From: Nitrospirota bacterium | Lineage (GTDB): Bacteria > UBA2233 | DNA length: 64,000 nucleotides | Assembly: GCA_011620345.1 (NCBI GenBank) | Contig: WOZJ01000050.1 | Coordinates: 151,976-215,975, forward strand | Reading direction: 5' to 3' | Shown here: positions 18,280-29,987 of the stretch, piece by piece | Layout: each line of letters starts with the position of its first letter | Position numbering within the stretch: the stretch's first letter is position 1 | The notes under the pieces: model-generated | What the model saw: only the letters and a program-made list of their open reading frames with translations | Told to the model about the DNA's origin: nothing | Database searches by the model: none | Position numbers and translations under genes: made by a program

Positions 18280-21200
18280 ATGAATATCACCTCTCTCAGA
18301 GAAAAGGAAATGGCTATTTCAAAAAAAAATAGTGCAAAGCTCCTTCGAAAGAGTTACGCACAAATAAAGACAGTCCTCGAGATACCAGACCTCTTAGAGC
18401 ACCAAAGACAATCGTACCGTCAATTCCTTCAGTTAGATATCGAACCTGAACATAGGGCTAAGGTTGGTATCGAAGGCGCATTTGACGCCATTTTTCCTCT
18501 CGAGGATTTTTCCGGGGAAGCGTCCTTGGAATACCTCCGGTACGAGCTTTACCCTCCTAAGCATGACGAGGAAGAGTGTAGGGAGAGGGGGTTAACTTAT
18601 GCCTACACCATGAAGGTCATATTTCGGCTTGTCTTGAACGAGATCGACCCTGAAACGCGCGCCCGTAGCATTCGGGACATGAGGGAGCAGGATACCTACT
18701 TCGGCGAGATTCCAGCAATGACCGAGAGGGGAACCTTCATTGTCGACGGGGTCGAGAGAGTGGTGGTCAACCAGCTCCACAGAAGCCCTGGCGTGTTCTT
18801 TGAGGTCGAAAAGCAAGCAGGAAGCACTACTGGTAAGCCGGTGTTTGCCGCTCGGGTCATTCCTTATCGTGGTTCATGGTTAGACCTTGAGTTCGCCTCG
18901 AACGAAAACCTCCAGCTGAAGATCGATAAGCGCAAAAAGCTTCCAATTGGCGTATTCCTCAGAGCGCTCGGGTTCTCAGAAGAATACCTGCTGAACTTCT
19001 TCTACGAAGGGAAAAAGGAGACGGTAGCAATCCGCAATGGCCAGGCGATTCTCTCGCTCGACAACCATGTCCATGCGGGGATCAAAGCGTATGCAGACTT
19101 CCTCCACCCTTCGGAGGATAGGATCCTGGTCGAAAAAGACAGAAAAATCACCCGAATGCTGCTCACGAAGCTTCGGGAAGAAAAAATTGAAACGTTTCGT
19201 CTCCCGCTTGAACAGCTAGAGGGAAGGGTGCTTGCCAGAACCTTGATTGACCCTGCAAGCGGAAAGGTTATTGCCAAGTGTAACGAAGAGTTGACTCGGG
19301 CCAAGATCGAGGCGATTGGCGGCTCGGGCCTCGAGTCGTTCGAAGTCCTCTTTATTGACGAAGTCAAAAGCGATTCGGTAATGCGGAAAGCCCTGCTTCA
19401 GGATCAAGACAAATGCAAGACCGCGTTCGAGGCTCAAAAGGAGATTGTGCGTAGGTTAAGGCCTGGGAGCGGTCTAACGAGCATCACGGAAGAGCTTGCA
19501 GGGCAATTTCTGAACGATCTACTGTTTAACCCGGAACGCTACGATTTAACCAGGGTTGGAAGGCACAAGCTCAACCTCAAGCTAAGAGATGTGTTCAAAG
19601 CAAAGGGCTTCGAATCTGGGCACCCTGAAGAGCGGATACTGCGCAAGGAGGACATTCTTTGCGTCATCGATTACCTGCTTCGCCTAAAAGCCGGGCTGCC
19701 ATGGGTGACGCCGGACGACATTGACCACTTGGGCAACCGTAGGGTTAGGACAGTTGGAGAGCTCGTCGAGAACCATTTTAGACTTGGACTCCTTCGGATG
19801 ACGAGAGCGATTAGGGAGCGTTTCAGTTCTGCCTCATCGATAGCCGACCTCATGCCCCATGACCTGGTAAATCCCAAGCCCGTAATGGCTGTCCTTAAAG
19901 AGTTCTTCGGAAGTTCGCAACTCTCTCAGTTCATGGACCAAACAAACCCGCTTGCGGAAACCACGCACAAGAGGCGGCTAAGCGCATTGGGCCCTGGGGG
20001 GCTTACTCGGGAAAGGGCCGGGTTCGAGGTTCGAGACGTTCATCCGTCTCATTACGGAAGGATCTGCCCGATCGAGACACCGGAGGGGCAAAACATTGGG
20101 TTAATTTCTTCGCTTACCACCTACGCCCGAATCAATGAATTCGGGTTTATCGAAACGCCCTACAGGCGGGTTATCGACGGGAAGGTCGTCGACGAGATCG
20201 TCTATCTTGCGGCATATGAAGAAGAAGACCACGCCATTGCCCAAGCGAACGAACCTGTAGACGAGGATGGCCGCTTCAAATCCAGCCTTTTACTATGCCG
20301 AAGAAGTGGAGAGTTTGTCCGAGTACCACCGAGCGAGGTCGACTACATGGACGTCTCTCCTGCTCAACTTGTAAGCATCGCTGCCTCCTTGATCCCTTTC
20401 CTGGAGCACGACGACGCGAATAGGGCATTAATGGGCTCGAACATGCAAAGACAGGCGGTTCCGCTTGTCAACCCTGAACCTCCAGTCGTAGGAACCGGTA
20501 TCGAGAGCGTGGTTGCACGAGATTCAAGGCTATGCATTCAAGCGAAACGATCGGGAGTTGTGGAGAGTGTCGATGCCAACCGGATTGTAATCCGCCCGTT
20601 CGGAGAGGCTGATGCGCTCATGTCCGTCGTGGATGTATACCGGCTGGAGAAGTTTAGAAAGTCCAATCAAAATACATCCCTAAGCCAAAGACCTATGGTT
20701 CGGGTAGGCATGCGCGTCCAAGGAGGAGAGGTTTTGGCGGACGGCCCATCGATGTCAAGGGGGGAACTGTCGCTAGGAAAGAATATCTTGGTAGCGTTTA
20801 TGCCGTGGGGTGGGTACAACTTTGAGGACTCCATCGTCGTGAGCGAACGGCTTGTCCGAGAAGATGTGTTCACCTCCGTGCATATCGAGGATTTCGAATG
20901 CGTAGCCCGAGAAACAAAGCTCGGAAAAGAAGAAATTACTAGAGATATTCCGAACGTCGGAGATCAGGCTCTAAAAGATTTGGACGAATCGGGTGTTGTA
21001 CGGATCGGGGCCTACGTTGTGCCGGGTGACATTCTAGTGGGCAAAATAACCCCCAAGGGAGAAACTCAGCTATCACCGGAAGAGAAGCTTCTGCGTGCAA
21101 TCTTTGGCGACAAGGCAAGCGATGTCAAGGATACTTCGCTTCGTGTGCCGCCGGGGGTTGAAGGAACGGTTATCGGCGCCCGAATTTTTACCAAAAAGGG

Positions 21201-22530
21201 CGGCGATAAAGATGATTATGGCATGCTTGACGAACGAGAGGAGCTTCAGAGGCTAAGAAGCCTGATGCAAGAGGAACTCCGGATCATCGAAAAGAGCTTT
21301 CTTCGCCATGTCCGCTCTAGCCTCGAAGGCAAGGTACTTGGCCAAGATGTTCAGCTCAAGCTCAAGCTCAAACAGGGGACGGTTCTTGACAGGGCCCTTC
21401 TTGATACGCTTCAAAAAGAAGACCTAAGGAGGCTGATCCTTGAGGATCAGGATATCAGGAAGAACCTCTCTGATTCGTGGACCTCTTACGAGCTTCAAGC
21501 CTCAGAACTGATCGAATTTTATAACCGAAAGATCCAAAAACTCAAGAAGGGGGAAGAGCTTCCCTCTGGGGTTCTCAAAAAAGTACGGGTAATCCTGGCC
21601 ATCAAACGAAAGCTCCATATAGGAGACAAGATGGCGGGGCGGCATGGAAACAAGGGAGTCGTCTCCGTCATTCTTCCGATTGAAGCCATGCCTTTCGTGG
21701 CCGATGGAACTCCCGTCGATATGGTGCTCAACCCTCTCGGCGTTCCATCGAGGATGAACCTTGGCCAGATCCTAGAAGCCCATATTGGATGGGGCTGTCA
21801 CGAATATGCAAAAAAGCTTGAAGAACATCTCAAAAGAAAGCGAGAAGGACTAAGAAAATACATCTCACAGGTTCTCCTTGAATTTTACGACTCAAAGGAG
21901 GCTCAGGATTTTCTCGAGAAGTTAGACGATGAAGAATTCTTCGAGTATGTCCAATTCCTCACCCAAAATGGCGTTCACATAACCACGAGCGTTTTTGACG
22001 GTGCAAAGGAAGCAGACATCAAAGAGCTGTTGGCCAAGGTTGGACTGCCGACATCCGGACAGACTGTGCTATACGACGGACGTACGGGTGAACCGTTCTT
22101 GAATCAGGTAACGGTCGGGTATATGTACATGCTTAAGCTAATCCACTTGGCTGCGGAAAAGATTCATTCTCGGTCAATCGGACCGTACTCGCTCGTTACT
22201 CAGCAGCCCCTTGGCGGGAAAGCTCAGTTCGGAGGCCAGAGGCTTGGCGAGATGGAGGTGTGGGCCATGGAGGCATACGGTGCCGCGTTTGCCCTTCAAG
22301 AATTCCTAACAGTCAAATCGGACGACGTGCCAGGCCGAACAGCGATGTACGAGTCGATCGTCAAGGGCAAGTTCGAGCTCACATCGGGTATCCCGGAGTC
22401 GTTCAATGTCCTAATGAGAGAGCTAAGGTCGCTTGCGCTGGACATCGAATTGGTGGAATCCAATGGAAATGGAACAGACCTAAGCCTTAAACAAGAAGGT
22501 GCTAAGGAAAAAGAAAGGCGTTCCAAATAG
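18280..22530 (+). CDS. rpoB: DNA-directed RNA polymerase subunit beta
   Basis: 1416 aa with all conserved beta regions. An alternative start is ATG 18310. Confidence 0.95.
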   Translation: MNITSLREKEMAISKKNSAKLLRKSYAQIKTVLEIPDLLEHQRQSYRQFLQLDIEPEHRAKVGIEGAFDAIFPLEDFSGEASLEYLRYELYPPKHDEEECRERGLTYAYTMKVIFRLVLNEIDPETRARSIRDMREQDTYFGEIPAMTERGTFIVDGVERVVVNQLHRSPGVFFEVEKQAGSTTGKPVFAARVIPYRGSWLDLEFASNENLQLKIDKRKKLPIGVFLRALGFSEEYLLNFFYEGKKETVAIRNGQAILSLDNHVHAGIKAYADFLHPSEDRILVEKDRKITRMLLTKLREEKIETFRLPLEQLEGRVLARTLIDPASGKVIAKCNEELTRAKIEAIGGSGLESFEVLFIDEVKSDSVMRKALLQDQDKCKTAFEAQKEIVRRLRPGSGLTSITEELAGQFLNDLLFNPERYDLTRVGRHKLNLKLRDVFKAKGFESGHPEERILRKEDILCVIDYLLRLKAGLPWVTPDDIDHLGNRRVRTVGELVENHFRLGLLRMTRAIRERFSSASSIADLMPHDLVNPKPVMAVLKEFFGSSQLSQFMDQTNPLAETTHKRRLSALGPGGLTRERAGFEVRDVHPSHYGRICPIETPEGQNIGLISSLTTYARINEFGFIETPYRRVIDGKVVDEIVYLAAYEEEDHAIAQANEPVDEDGRFKSSLLLCRRSGEFVRVPPSEVDYMDVSPAQLVSIAASLIPFLEHDDANRALMGSNMQRQAVPLVNPEPPVVGTGIESVVARDSRLCIQAKRSGVVESVDANRIVIRPFGEADALMSVVDVYRLEKFRKSNQNTSLSQRPMVRVGMRVQGGEVLADGPSMSRGELSLGKNILVAFMPWGGYNFEDSIVVSERLVREDVFTSVHIEDFECVARETKLGKEEITRDIPNVGDQALKDLDESGVVRIGAYVVPGDILVGKITPKGETQLSPEEKLLRAIFGDKASDVKDTSLRVPPGVEGTVIGARIFTKKGGDKDDYGMLDEREELQRLRSLMQEELRIIEKSFLRHVRSSLEGKVLGQDVQLKLKLKQGTVLDRALLDTLQKEDLRRLILEDQDIRKNLSDSWTSYELQASELIEFYNRKIQKLKKGEELPSGVLKKVRVILAIKRKLHIGDKMAGRHGNKGVVSVILPIEAMPFVADGTPVDMVLNPLGVPSRMNLGQILEAHIGWGCHEYAKKLEEHLKRKREGLRKYISQVLLEFYDSKEAQDFLEKLDDEEFFEYVQFLTQNGVHITTSVFDGAKEADIKELLAKVGLPTSGQTVLYDGRTGEPFLNQVTVGYMYMLKLIHLAAEKIHSRSIGPYSLVTQQPLGGKAQFGGQRLGEMEVWAMEAYGAAFALQEFLTVKSDDVPGRTAMYESIVKGKFELTSGIPESFNVLMRELRSLALDIELVESNGNGTDLSLKQEGAKEKERRSK

Positions 22531-22560
22531 CCTAGCGAACAGAAGGGGTAAGATTGAGAT

Positions 22561-25500
22561 ATGGACTATGAATATTTGCTCGAAAAGCCGAAGAATCCGA
22601 TGGTCTTTAAGGCGATCAAGCTCTCTCTTGCCTCTCCGGACACAATCCGAGGATGGTCACACGGGGAAGTTAAAAAGCCGGAAACGATCAATTATAGAAC
22701 ATTTAAGCCCGAAAGGGATGGGCTGTTCTGTGCGCGGATTTTTGGGCCAACCGTCAGCTACGAATGCTACTGCGGCAGGTACAAAAAAATGCGCCATTGG
22801 GGCGTCATTTGCGAGAAATGTGGCGTTGAGGTCACCCATTCTCGTGTGCGTCGAGAGCGGATGGGACACATTAACCTCGTGGCCCCTGTAGCACATATCT
22901 GGTTCGTGAAATCGGTTCCTTCCAAGATTGGGGCGCTGCTAGACTTGAGCATCCGCGAACTCGAGCGCGTCATCTACTTCGAGTCCTATGTCGTCATCGA
23001 TCCGGCAAATTCAAGCCTCCAAGCTGGAGAACTTATCTCCGAAGAAAAGTACAGGGCGTTGCACAAGGATTTTCCGGATTTAAGAGCAGGAATCGGTGCG
23101 GAGGCCCTCAAGACAATGCTTTCCAAGATAAACATTGAGCGGCTCTGCAAAGGACTCCGTGCCGACATGCGTGGGGCTAACTCCGAGGCTAAGCGGAGGA
23201 AGGCAGCCAAGCGGCTCAAGGTTGCCGAGGCGTTTCACTACGTGAAATGCATAAATAAAACCCTTCAAGACTTTCTCGTCAACGCCCCAGAAGACAAGAT
23301 GGCCAAGCTCAAAGAGATGTCCGCGTATCTAGAGGATTGGATAACGAGGAAAGAAGAGGCTACAAGCCCTGAGGTAATGCAATCTCTGGATGAGCAAGTC
23401 CTGCAGGAGCTCAACCGCTTTACGCGGGCCAAAGAGCTCGACCCATCCGAAGTTCAACAGCTCGAAATGATGTACAAAAAGGCTAACCGCCCAGAATGGA
23501 TGATTCTGGAAGTCGTTCCTATTCTTCCTCCGGACCTAAGACCCCTTGTGTCTCTGGATGGCGGACAGTTTGCCACATCCGACTTAAACGATCTCTACCG
23601 ACAAGTGATCAATCGAAACAACCGCCTTAAGAGGCTTATCGAGCTTCAGGCGCCAGATATCATCGTTCGGAACGAAAAACGAATGCTTCAGGAGGCCGTA
23701 GACGCGCTGTTTGACAACGGCAGAAGGGGTAGGCCAGTAACGGGAACAAACCGTCGGCCGCTTAAGTCCTTGTCCGACATGATCAAAGGAAAGACGGGTA
23801 GGTTTCGACAAAACCTTCTCGGTAAGAGGGTGGATTACTCGGGCAGGGCGGTTATTGTGGTTGGTCCCGAACTGAGACTGCACCAGTGCGGCCTTCCGAA
23901 GAAAATGGCACTTGAGCTGTTCAAGCCGTTCATTCTCAATCAATTAGAGAAAATGGGGCATATCTCGACGATCAAGGCGGGCAGGAAGATGATCGAGCGC
24001 GAGGAACCTGAGGTTTGGGATGCCCTTGAAGAGGTAACCAGAGAGCACCCTGTCCTGCTGAACCGTGCGCCGACACTCCATAGGCTGAGTATGCGTGCGT
24101 TTGAGCCGATTCTAGTCGAGGGAGACTCGATCAGGCTGCACCCGCTCGTGTGTTCGGCTTACAACGCCGACTTCGACGGAGACCAAATGGCCGTGCACGT
24201 TCCTCTATCAATTGAGGCGCAAGCAGAAGCCAGGGTGCTCCTGCTTGCCTCGAACAATATTTTGTCGCCCTCGAACGGCAAGCCCGTGATTGCCCCTTCC
24301 CAGGACATGGTACTCGGGCTTTATTACCTTACTAGGGAAAGGCCGCTTGTCAAGGGACACGGGATGGCATTTGGAAGTATTGAAGAGGTTCGCCTTGCAT
24401 ACGACTCCGGAGTGGCCGATTTGCATGCCAGGGTGAAGTTGAGGATCGACGGGCGGATTATAAACACTACTGTTGGACGTGCTTTGCTCTACGAGCTCTT
24501 CCCAAAAGAAATCTCGTTCGATCAGGTCAACAAGGTAGTTAACAAAAGAGTGATCGCTGACCTTCTAGACCACGTGTACCGCAAAAGCGGGATGAAAGCA
24601 GCCGTTGTGTTGGCCGACAGAGTGAAAGACCTAGGGTTTGAAATAGCCGCTAGGGCTGGTATCAGCATCTCGATGGACAACCTTGTGATCCCTGAAAAGA
24701 AGCAGAAAATCCTCGAAAAGGCCAACAAAGAGGTGCTCGAAGTAGCCAAGCAGTATGCCAAGGGGCTGATTACAGAAGGAGAGCGATACAACAAGGTTGT
24801 TGACATCTGGGCAAAAGCAACGGATGCGGTTACCCAAGAGCTGTTCAAGGAGCTAAGCGTAGAGGAGGTCGAGGCTTCGGATGGGTCGCGCCAATCGCTG
24901 CAAAGCCTCAATCCAATCTATATCATGCTTGATTCGGGAGCCAGGGGCTCTGCTCAACAGATCCGTCAGCTGGCTGGCATGCGGGGTCTTATGGCAAAAC
25001 CCTCCGGTGCGATCATCGAAACCCCAATTGAGGCGAATTTCAAAGAGGGCCTGAGCGTTCTCCAATATTTCATCTCGACACATGGTGCAAGAAAAGGGTT
25101 GGCTGATACGGCGCTTAAGACTGCCAACGCAGGGTACCTCACGCGGAGGCTCGTAGACGTTGCTCAGGATATCGTTGTCCTAGATGATGATTGCGGGACA
25201 ATCGATAGCCTGGAGATAAGAAGCCTGATTAAAGGCGGGGAAATCATCGAACGTCTTGGAGAAAGGCTTCTCGGCTACGTGACGTTCGAGGACGTCTACG
25301 ATAAGGTTAGCGGAGAACTGGTAGCCCCCAAAGACGCAGAGATCGATGAAGACCTTGCCAGCAAGATCGAAGACGCGGGCATCGAAAGCGTTCGAGTCCG
25401 AAGCGTGCTCACTTGCAAGTCTAAGTTCGGGGTGTGCAGAAAATGTTACGGGCGAGATCTTGCCGCCGGAAGGATGGTCGAGAATGGGACGCCCGTCGGC

Positions 25501-26934
25501 ATTATCGCGGCTCAGTCAATCGGCGAGCCCGGTACGCAGCTGACCATGCGTACGTTCCATATTGGAGGAACGGCGTTTGTAGTAGAAGAAAGCTTCATCG
25601 AATGTAGGTTCGATGGTCGGGTGGAGTATCGAAGCCTTCAGTTTGTCGAGGACCGTAATGGAAACATCCTCGTCATGAACCGAAACGGGGAAATTGTTAT
25701 CAAAGATCCCAACGACAATGAGCGCGAGCGTTACCACGTAGTCTACGGTTCAAGGCTTCTGGTCAGGAATGGTCAGGAAGTCCACCCAAACACCCGACTG
25801 GCGGAATGGGACCCGTACAACACTCCGATTATCACGAACGTGAGCGGAAGTGTCCGTTTTCGCGACCTGATCGAAAAAGACACGCTCGAGGAGAGGATCG
25901 ACAAGCATACAGGGCTTGCCACAAAAGTCGTTATCCCTTCAAAGAACTACGAGTTGAAGCCGAGCTTGATTATTGTGGACGAAGTGGGAAATCCCACGAT
26001 TCAACTGCTTGGATCCGGGAAAGAGGCAGAGGTGCGCTACTTTCTTCCGGTAGGCGCAATGATTTCCGTAGAAGACGGAGCCCCTGTTGTCGCGGGGGAT
26101 GTTCTTGCCCGTATTCCCACGGAAAGTGCAAAAACAAAAGATATCACAGGCGGCTTACCTAGGGTCGTCGAGCTTTTTGAAGGGCGCAGGCCCAAGGATA
26201 CGGCAATCATTTCGGAAATCGACGGGACGGTTTTCTTCGAGGAAGACTCGAAACAGCAGACCCGCGGCAGGCGCAAAATTGTCCTGATTCCAGACGTAGG
26301 CGATAGAAAAGAGTACCTTATTCCGCAAGGCAAGCATATCATCGTTCATGACGGTGACCGCGTAAAGGCGGGTGAGCAGCTCACAGAAGGCTCCCCAAAT
26401 CCTCACGACTTATTGGCCGTTTTAGGGGAGCTGGAGCTTGCAAGGTATGTTGTGGACGAGATTCAAGAAGTGTACAGACTTCAGGGCGTTCGGATTCATG
26501 ATAAACATATCCAGGTAATTGTCCGGCAAATGCTTAAGCGCGTCTTAATCAAGGACGTTGGCGATACAGATTTCATTATAGGGGAATCTATAGAGAAGTG
26601 GACGTTCGAAGAAGAGAACAGGCGTATGCGTCGCGAGGAAAAGGGGCCGGCTGTGGCTGAACCCCTCTTTTTAGGGATCACACGGGCTGCGTTGATTACA
26701 GAAAGCTTCGTTTCTGCAGCCTCATTCCAGGAAACGACGAAGGTTCTTACGGAGGCATCTCTCCAAGGGAAGGTCGACCAGCTGCGAGGCCTAAAGGAGA
26801 ACGTAATCATGGGGAGGGTTATCCCTGCGGGTACCGGATTGGCCATGGAGAAATTCCACAAGATGGACCTAGAGATCGAAAGGCCGCCTGAAGTCTTAGG
26901 GCCGGATGTAGAGGGGATTCTTAAGGTTGGATAG
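22561..26934 (+). CDS. rpoC: DNA-directed RNA polymerase subunit beta-prime
   Basis: 1457 aa. Zinc-binding CxxC N-terminus and NADFDGD catalytic motif. Confidence 0.96.
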   Translation: MDYEYLLEKPKNPMVFKAIKLSLASPDTIRGWSHGEVKKPETINYRTFKPERDGLFCARIFGPTVSYECYCGRYKKMRHWGVICEKCGVEVTHSRVRRERMGHINLVAPVAHIWFVKSVPSKIGALLDLSIRELERVIYFESYVVIDPANSSLQAGELISEEKYRALHKDFPDLRAGIGAEALKTMLSKINIERLCKGLRADMRGANSEAKRRKAAKRLKVAEAFHYVKCINKTLQDFLVNAPEDKMAKLKEMSAYLEDWITRKEEATSPEVMQSLDEQVLQELNRFTRAKELDPSEVQQLEMMYKKANRPEWMILEVVPILPPDLRPLVSLDGGQFATSDLNDLYRQVINRNNRLKRLIELQAPDIIVRNEKRMLQEAVDALFDNGRRGRPVTGTNRRPLKSLSDMIKGKTGRFRQNLLGKRVDYSGRAVIVVGPELRLHQCGLPKKMALELFKPFILNQLEKMGHISTIKAGRKMIEREEPEVWDALEEVTREHPVLLNRAPTLHRLSMRAFEPILVEGDSIRLHPLVCSAYNADFDGDQMAVHVPLSIEAQAEARVLLLASNNILSPSNGKPVIAPSQDMVLGLYYLTRERPLVKGHGMAFGSIEEVRLAYDSGVADLHARVKLRIDGRIINTTVGRALLYELFPKEISFDQVNKVVNKRVIADLLDHVYRKSGMKAAVVLADRVKDLGFEIAARAGISISMDNLVIPEKKQKILEKANKEVLEVAKQYAKGLITEGERYNKVVDIWAKATDAVTQELFKELSVEEVEASDGSRQSLQSLNPIYIMLDSGARGSAQQIRQLAGMRGLMAKPSGAIIETPIEANFKEGLSVLQYFISTHGARKGLADTALKTANAGYLTRRLVDVAQDIVVLDDDCGTIDSLEIRSLIKGGEIIERLGERLLGYVTFEDVYDKVSGELVAPKDAEIDEDLASKIEDAGIESVRVRSVLTCKSKFGVCRKCYGRDLAAGRMVENGTPVGIIAAQSIGEPGTQLTMRTFHIGGTAFVVEESFIECRFDGRVEYRSLQFVEDRNGNILVMNRNGEIVIKDPNDNERERYHVVYGSRLLVRNGQEVHPNTRLAEWDPYNTPIITNVSGSVRFRDLIEKDTLEERIDKHTGLATKVVIPSKNYELKPSLIIVDEVGNPTIQLLGSGKEAEVRYFLPVGAMISVEDGAPVVAGDVLARIPTESAKTKDITGGLPRVVELFEGRRPKDTAIISEIDGTVFFEEDSKQQTRGRRKIVLIPDVGDRKEYLIPQGKHIIVHDGDRVKAGEQLTEGSPNPHDLLAVLGELELARYVVDEIQEVYRLQGVRIHDKHIQVIVRQMLKRVLIKDVGDTDFIIGESIEKWTFEEENRRMRREEKGPAVAEPLFLGITRAALITESFVSAASFQETTKVLTEASLQGKVDQLRGLKENVIMGRVIPAGTGLAMEKFHKMDLEIERPPEVLGPDVEGILKVG

Positions 26935-26943
26935 TCCATGACT

Positions 26944-26973
26944 TGACAAGAAATCCAAATATGTTTTAAACTT
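26944..26973 (+). promoter_or_regulatory. candidate sigma70 promoter of the str operon (rpsL-rpsG-fusA-tuf...)
   Basis: TTGACA (26944..26949), an 18-bp spacer, then TAAACT (26968..26973), inside the 84-nt rpoC-rpsL gap. Confidence 0.4.
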
Positions 26974-27018
26974 TCTGTTTACGTACCTTTGGAGTAAGAC
27001 GAGCAGGAGTGAACTAGT

Positions 27019-27393
27019 ATGCCGACAATAAACCAGCTTGTGAGGCTTGGGCGTGAGAAGGCCAAAATAAGGACGGCATCCCCAGCCCTTGCAGGATGCC
27101 CGCAGAAACGTGGGGTTTGTATCCGCGTATATACGACAACACCGAAAAAGCCCAACTCCGCTCTTCGAAAAGTCGCGAGGGTACGGCTGACGAACGGCAA
27201 CGAGATTACCGTTTACATTCCGGGCGAAGGCCACAACCTTCAAGAGCACTCCGTCGTGCTTGTTCGCGGTGGAAGGGTAAAGGATCTTCCAGGTGTCCGG
27301 TACCATATCATTCGAGGGGCGTTGGATACTGCAGGAGTTAAAGAAAGACATCGAAGCCGTTCGAAATACGGAACGAAAAGACAGAAGAAGTAG
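27019..27393 (+). CDS. rpsL: 30S ribosomal protein S12
   Basis: 124 aa, canonical S12 (MPTINQLVR...). Confidence 0.96.
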   Translation: MPTINQLVRLGREKAKIRTASPALAGCPQKRGVCIRVYTTTPKKPNSALRKVARVRLTNGNEITVYIPGEGHNLQEHSVVLVRGGRVKDLPGVRYHIIRGALDTAGVKERHRSRSKYGTKRQKK

Positions 27394-27399
27394 GGAGCC

Positions 27400-27870
27400 A
27401 TGGCCAGGAGAAGAAAGGCGGAAAAAAGAGAAGGCTTGCCGGACCCCGTTTTTGGGGATTTATTGGTTGGCCGATTTGTCAACAGTCTGATGCGTATGGG
27501 GAAGAAGAGCGTTGCGGAGCGCATCTTTTATGATGCGATGGAAGCGGTGAAGGATAAGGCCAAAGAGGATCCGCTGACGCTGTTCAAGAAGGCGCTAGAA
27601 AATGTAAAACCCCTCCTTGAAGTGCGGCCTAGGCGCGTGGGGGGTGCAACATACCAGGTTCCTGTAGAAGTTCGAGAGGAGCGAAGGGTCAGCTTGGCCG
27701 TAAAGTGGCTTATCACTTCCGCCAAGAAGCGTCAGGGGAGGGCAATGCAGGAAAAGTTAGCCCTTGAGCTGATCGATGCGTTCAACAACAGGGGGTTGAG
27801 CGTAAAGAAGAAGGAAGATACCCACAGGATGGCTGAGGGGAACAGGGCCTTCGCCCACCTTCGCTGGTAG
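27400..27870 (+). CDS. rpsG: 30S ribosomal protein S7
   Basis: 156 aa canonical S7. Confidence 0.95.
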   Translation: MARRRKAEKREGLPDPVFGDLLVGRFVNSLMRMGKKSVAERIFYDAMEAVKDKAKEDPLTLFKKALENVKPLLEVRPRRVGGATYQVPVEVREERRVSLAVKWLITSAKKRQGRAMQEKLALELIDAFNNRGLSVKKKEDTHRMAEGNRAFAHLRW

Positions 27871-27909
27871 GCTCTCGCGCGTAGACCTTCTAGGATTGGA
27901 GAAAAAACC

Positions 27910-29985
27910 ATGGCAAGGCAAATACCGATCGAGAATGTGCGGAATATTGGGATAATGGCCCACATTGATGCGGGCAAGACGACCACTACTGAACGCATTC
28001 TCTACTACACGGGGATTGGCTATAAAATAGGCGAGGTCCACGAAGGAACCGCCACGATGGACTGGATGCCCCAAGAACAGGAACGAGGCATTACCATTAC
28101 ATCTGCGGCAACGACCTGTTTTTGGAAGGGGCATCGTATCAATATTATCGATACGCCGGGCCATGTCGATTTTACGATTGAGGTGGAACGTTCTCTTATG
28201 GTGCTTGACGGCGCCGTTGCCGTGTTTTGCGGCGTAGGGGGTGTCGAGCCTCAGTCAGAAACGGTATGGCGGCAGGCAAGCAAGTACCGGGTACCTAGGG
28301 TTGCGTTCATCAATAAGCTTGATAGGGTTGGGGCCGATTTTTTAGGTGTCGTCTCGCAGATCTATGATCGCCTGGGCGCCAAGCCGATCGTTATGCAGCT
28401 TCCGATTGGCCAAGAGGATGGCTTTGTCGGTATGGTTGATTTGGTTCGAAGAAAAGCCCTTGTTTGGGATGGTTCGTCGCTGGGCTCTGTCTACGAAGAG
28501 CTCGAAATCCCGGATAGCATGCAGGAGTCGGTAGCGGTCTACAGAGATAAGCTTGTTGAGGCAGCGGCTGATTACGACGACGAGGTGATGGAGCGATACC
28601 TAGCCGGCGAAGAGGCCTCGGAAGAGGCGCTAAAGCGGGCGATTCGCAAGGCAGCGCTAGGAAATCATGCTGTTCCAGTGTTCGGCGGATCGGCCTTCAA
28701 GAACAAAGGCGTTCAACCTTTGCTTGATGCCGTTATAAGCTACCTCCCTTCGCCGGTGGATATTCTTCCTATTACGGGCCATAACCCTGTCACAGATGAG
28801 CTGGAAATACGCGAGGCAAAAGACGATGCTCCGTTTTGCGCGCTTTCCTTCAAGATCATGACTGACCCGTACGTAGGTCAACTGACCTTCATTCGCGTAT
28901 ACTCTGGCGTGCTGAGTTCTGGAATGACCGTCATGAATGTCAAGAGGGGCAAAAAAGAGCGGATCGGAAGGTTGCTCAAGATGCATGCCAATAAGAAGGA
29001 AGAAATCAAAGAAGCGTACGCCGGTGATATTGCGGCGGCCGTAGGGCTGAAGACGGCAATCACCGGAGATACGCTCACCGATTTAAACCACCCACTCCTG
29101 ATTGAGCGTATGGAATTTCCCGAGCCTGTCATCTCGGTTGCCATTGAACCGGAAACGAAAGCAGACCAGGAAGCCTTGGGAGTTGCGCTAGGGAAGCTAA
29201 TGCTAGAAGATCCTTCGTTTCGGGTTAAGACGGACCCTGAAACCCAAGAAACGATCATCTCGGGGATGGGCGAGCTTCACCTAGAAATCATCGTCGACCG
29301 GTTGCTTCGGGAGTTCAAAGTGCAGGCCAACGTCGGAAAGCCTCAGGTGGCCTATAAAGAAACAATCCTAAGGAAAGTGACGCAAGAAGGGAAGTTTATC
29401 CGACAGACTGGCGGTAAGGGTCAGTACGGGCATGTGATCTTAGAAATCGAGCCGCTGGAAAGAGGCAAAGGGATAGAGTTCGAAGACAAGACAAAGGGAG
29501 GCTCGATCCCCAAAGAATTTATTTCACCCATCGAGAAAGGCGTCAAAGAGGCAGCGGAAACCGGTGTGTTCGCCGGGTACCCCGTTGTAGACCTAAAAAT
29601 TGCAGTCGTTGACGGGTCTTATCATGAGGTGGACTCTTCGGAAATCGCCTTTAAGATTGCAGGTTCGATGGCCTTTAAGGACGGAACAAAGAAAGCGCAT
29701 CCGGTTCTGCTCGAGCCTATCATGAAAGTCGAAGTTGTCGTTCCTGAGGAGTACGTCGGCGATGTTATCGGGGACATCAACGCGAGAAGGGGTAGGCTGG
29801 AGAACATGGAAATTCGCGGGGCGAACCAGGTGATACAGGCTATTGTCCCATTGGCGGAGATGTTCGGGTATGCTACCCAGCTTCGGTCTATGACGCAGGG
29901 GCGGGGGGTCTACACCATGCAGTTTTCGCATTACGATCAGGTTCCGGCAAGCATTGCACAAAGTATTGTTGCTTCGGCGGCATAG
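27910..29985 (+). CDS. fusA: elongation factor G
   Basis: 691 aa. [21 protein letters not shown] motifs and EF-G domains III-V. Confidence 0.96.
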   Translation: MARQIPIENVRNIGIMAHIDAGKTTTTERILYYTGIGYKIGEVHEGTATMDWMPQEQERGITITSAATTCFWKGHRINIIDTPGHVDFTIEVERSLMVLDGAVAVFCGVGGVEPQSETVWRQASKYRVPRVAFINKLDRVGADFLGVVSQIYDRLGAKPIVMQLPIGQEDGFVGMVDLVRRKALVWDGSSLGSVYEELEIPDSMQESVAVYRDKLVEAAADYDDEVMERYLAGEEASEEALKRAIRKAALGNHAVPVFGGSAFKNKGVQPLLDAVISYLPSPVDILPITGHNPVTDELEIREAKDDAPFCALSFKIMTDPYVGQLTFIRVYSGVLSSGMTVMNVKRGKKERIGRLLKMHANKKEEIKEAYAGDIAAAVGLKTAITGDTLTDLNHPLLIERMEFPEPVISVAIEPETKADQEALGVALGKLMLEDPSFRVKTDPETQETIISGMGELHLEIIVDRLLREFKVQANVGKPQVAYKETILRKVTQEGKFIRQTGGKGQYGHVILEIEPLERGKGIEFEDKTKGGSIPKEFISPIEKGVKEAAETGVFAGYPVVDLKIAVVDGSYHEVDSSEIAFKIAGSMAFKDGTKKAHPVLLEPIMKVEVVVPEEYVGDVIGDINARRGRLENMEIRGANQVIQAIVPLAEMFGYATQLRSMTQGRGVYTMQFSHYDQVPASIAQSIVASAA

Positions 29986-29987
29986 CA

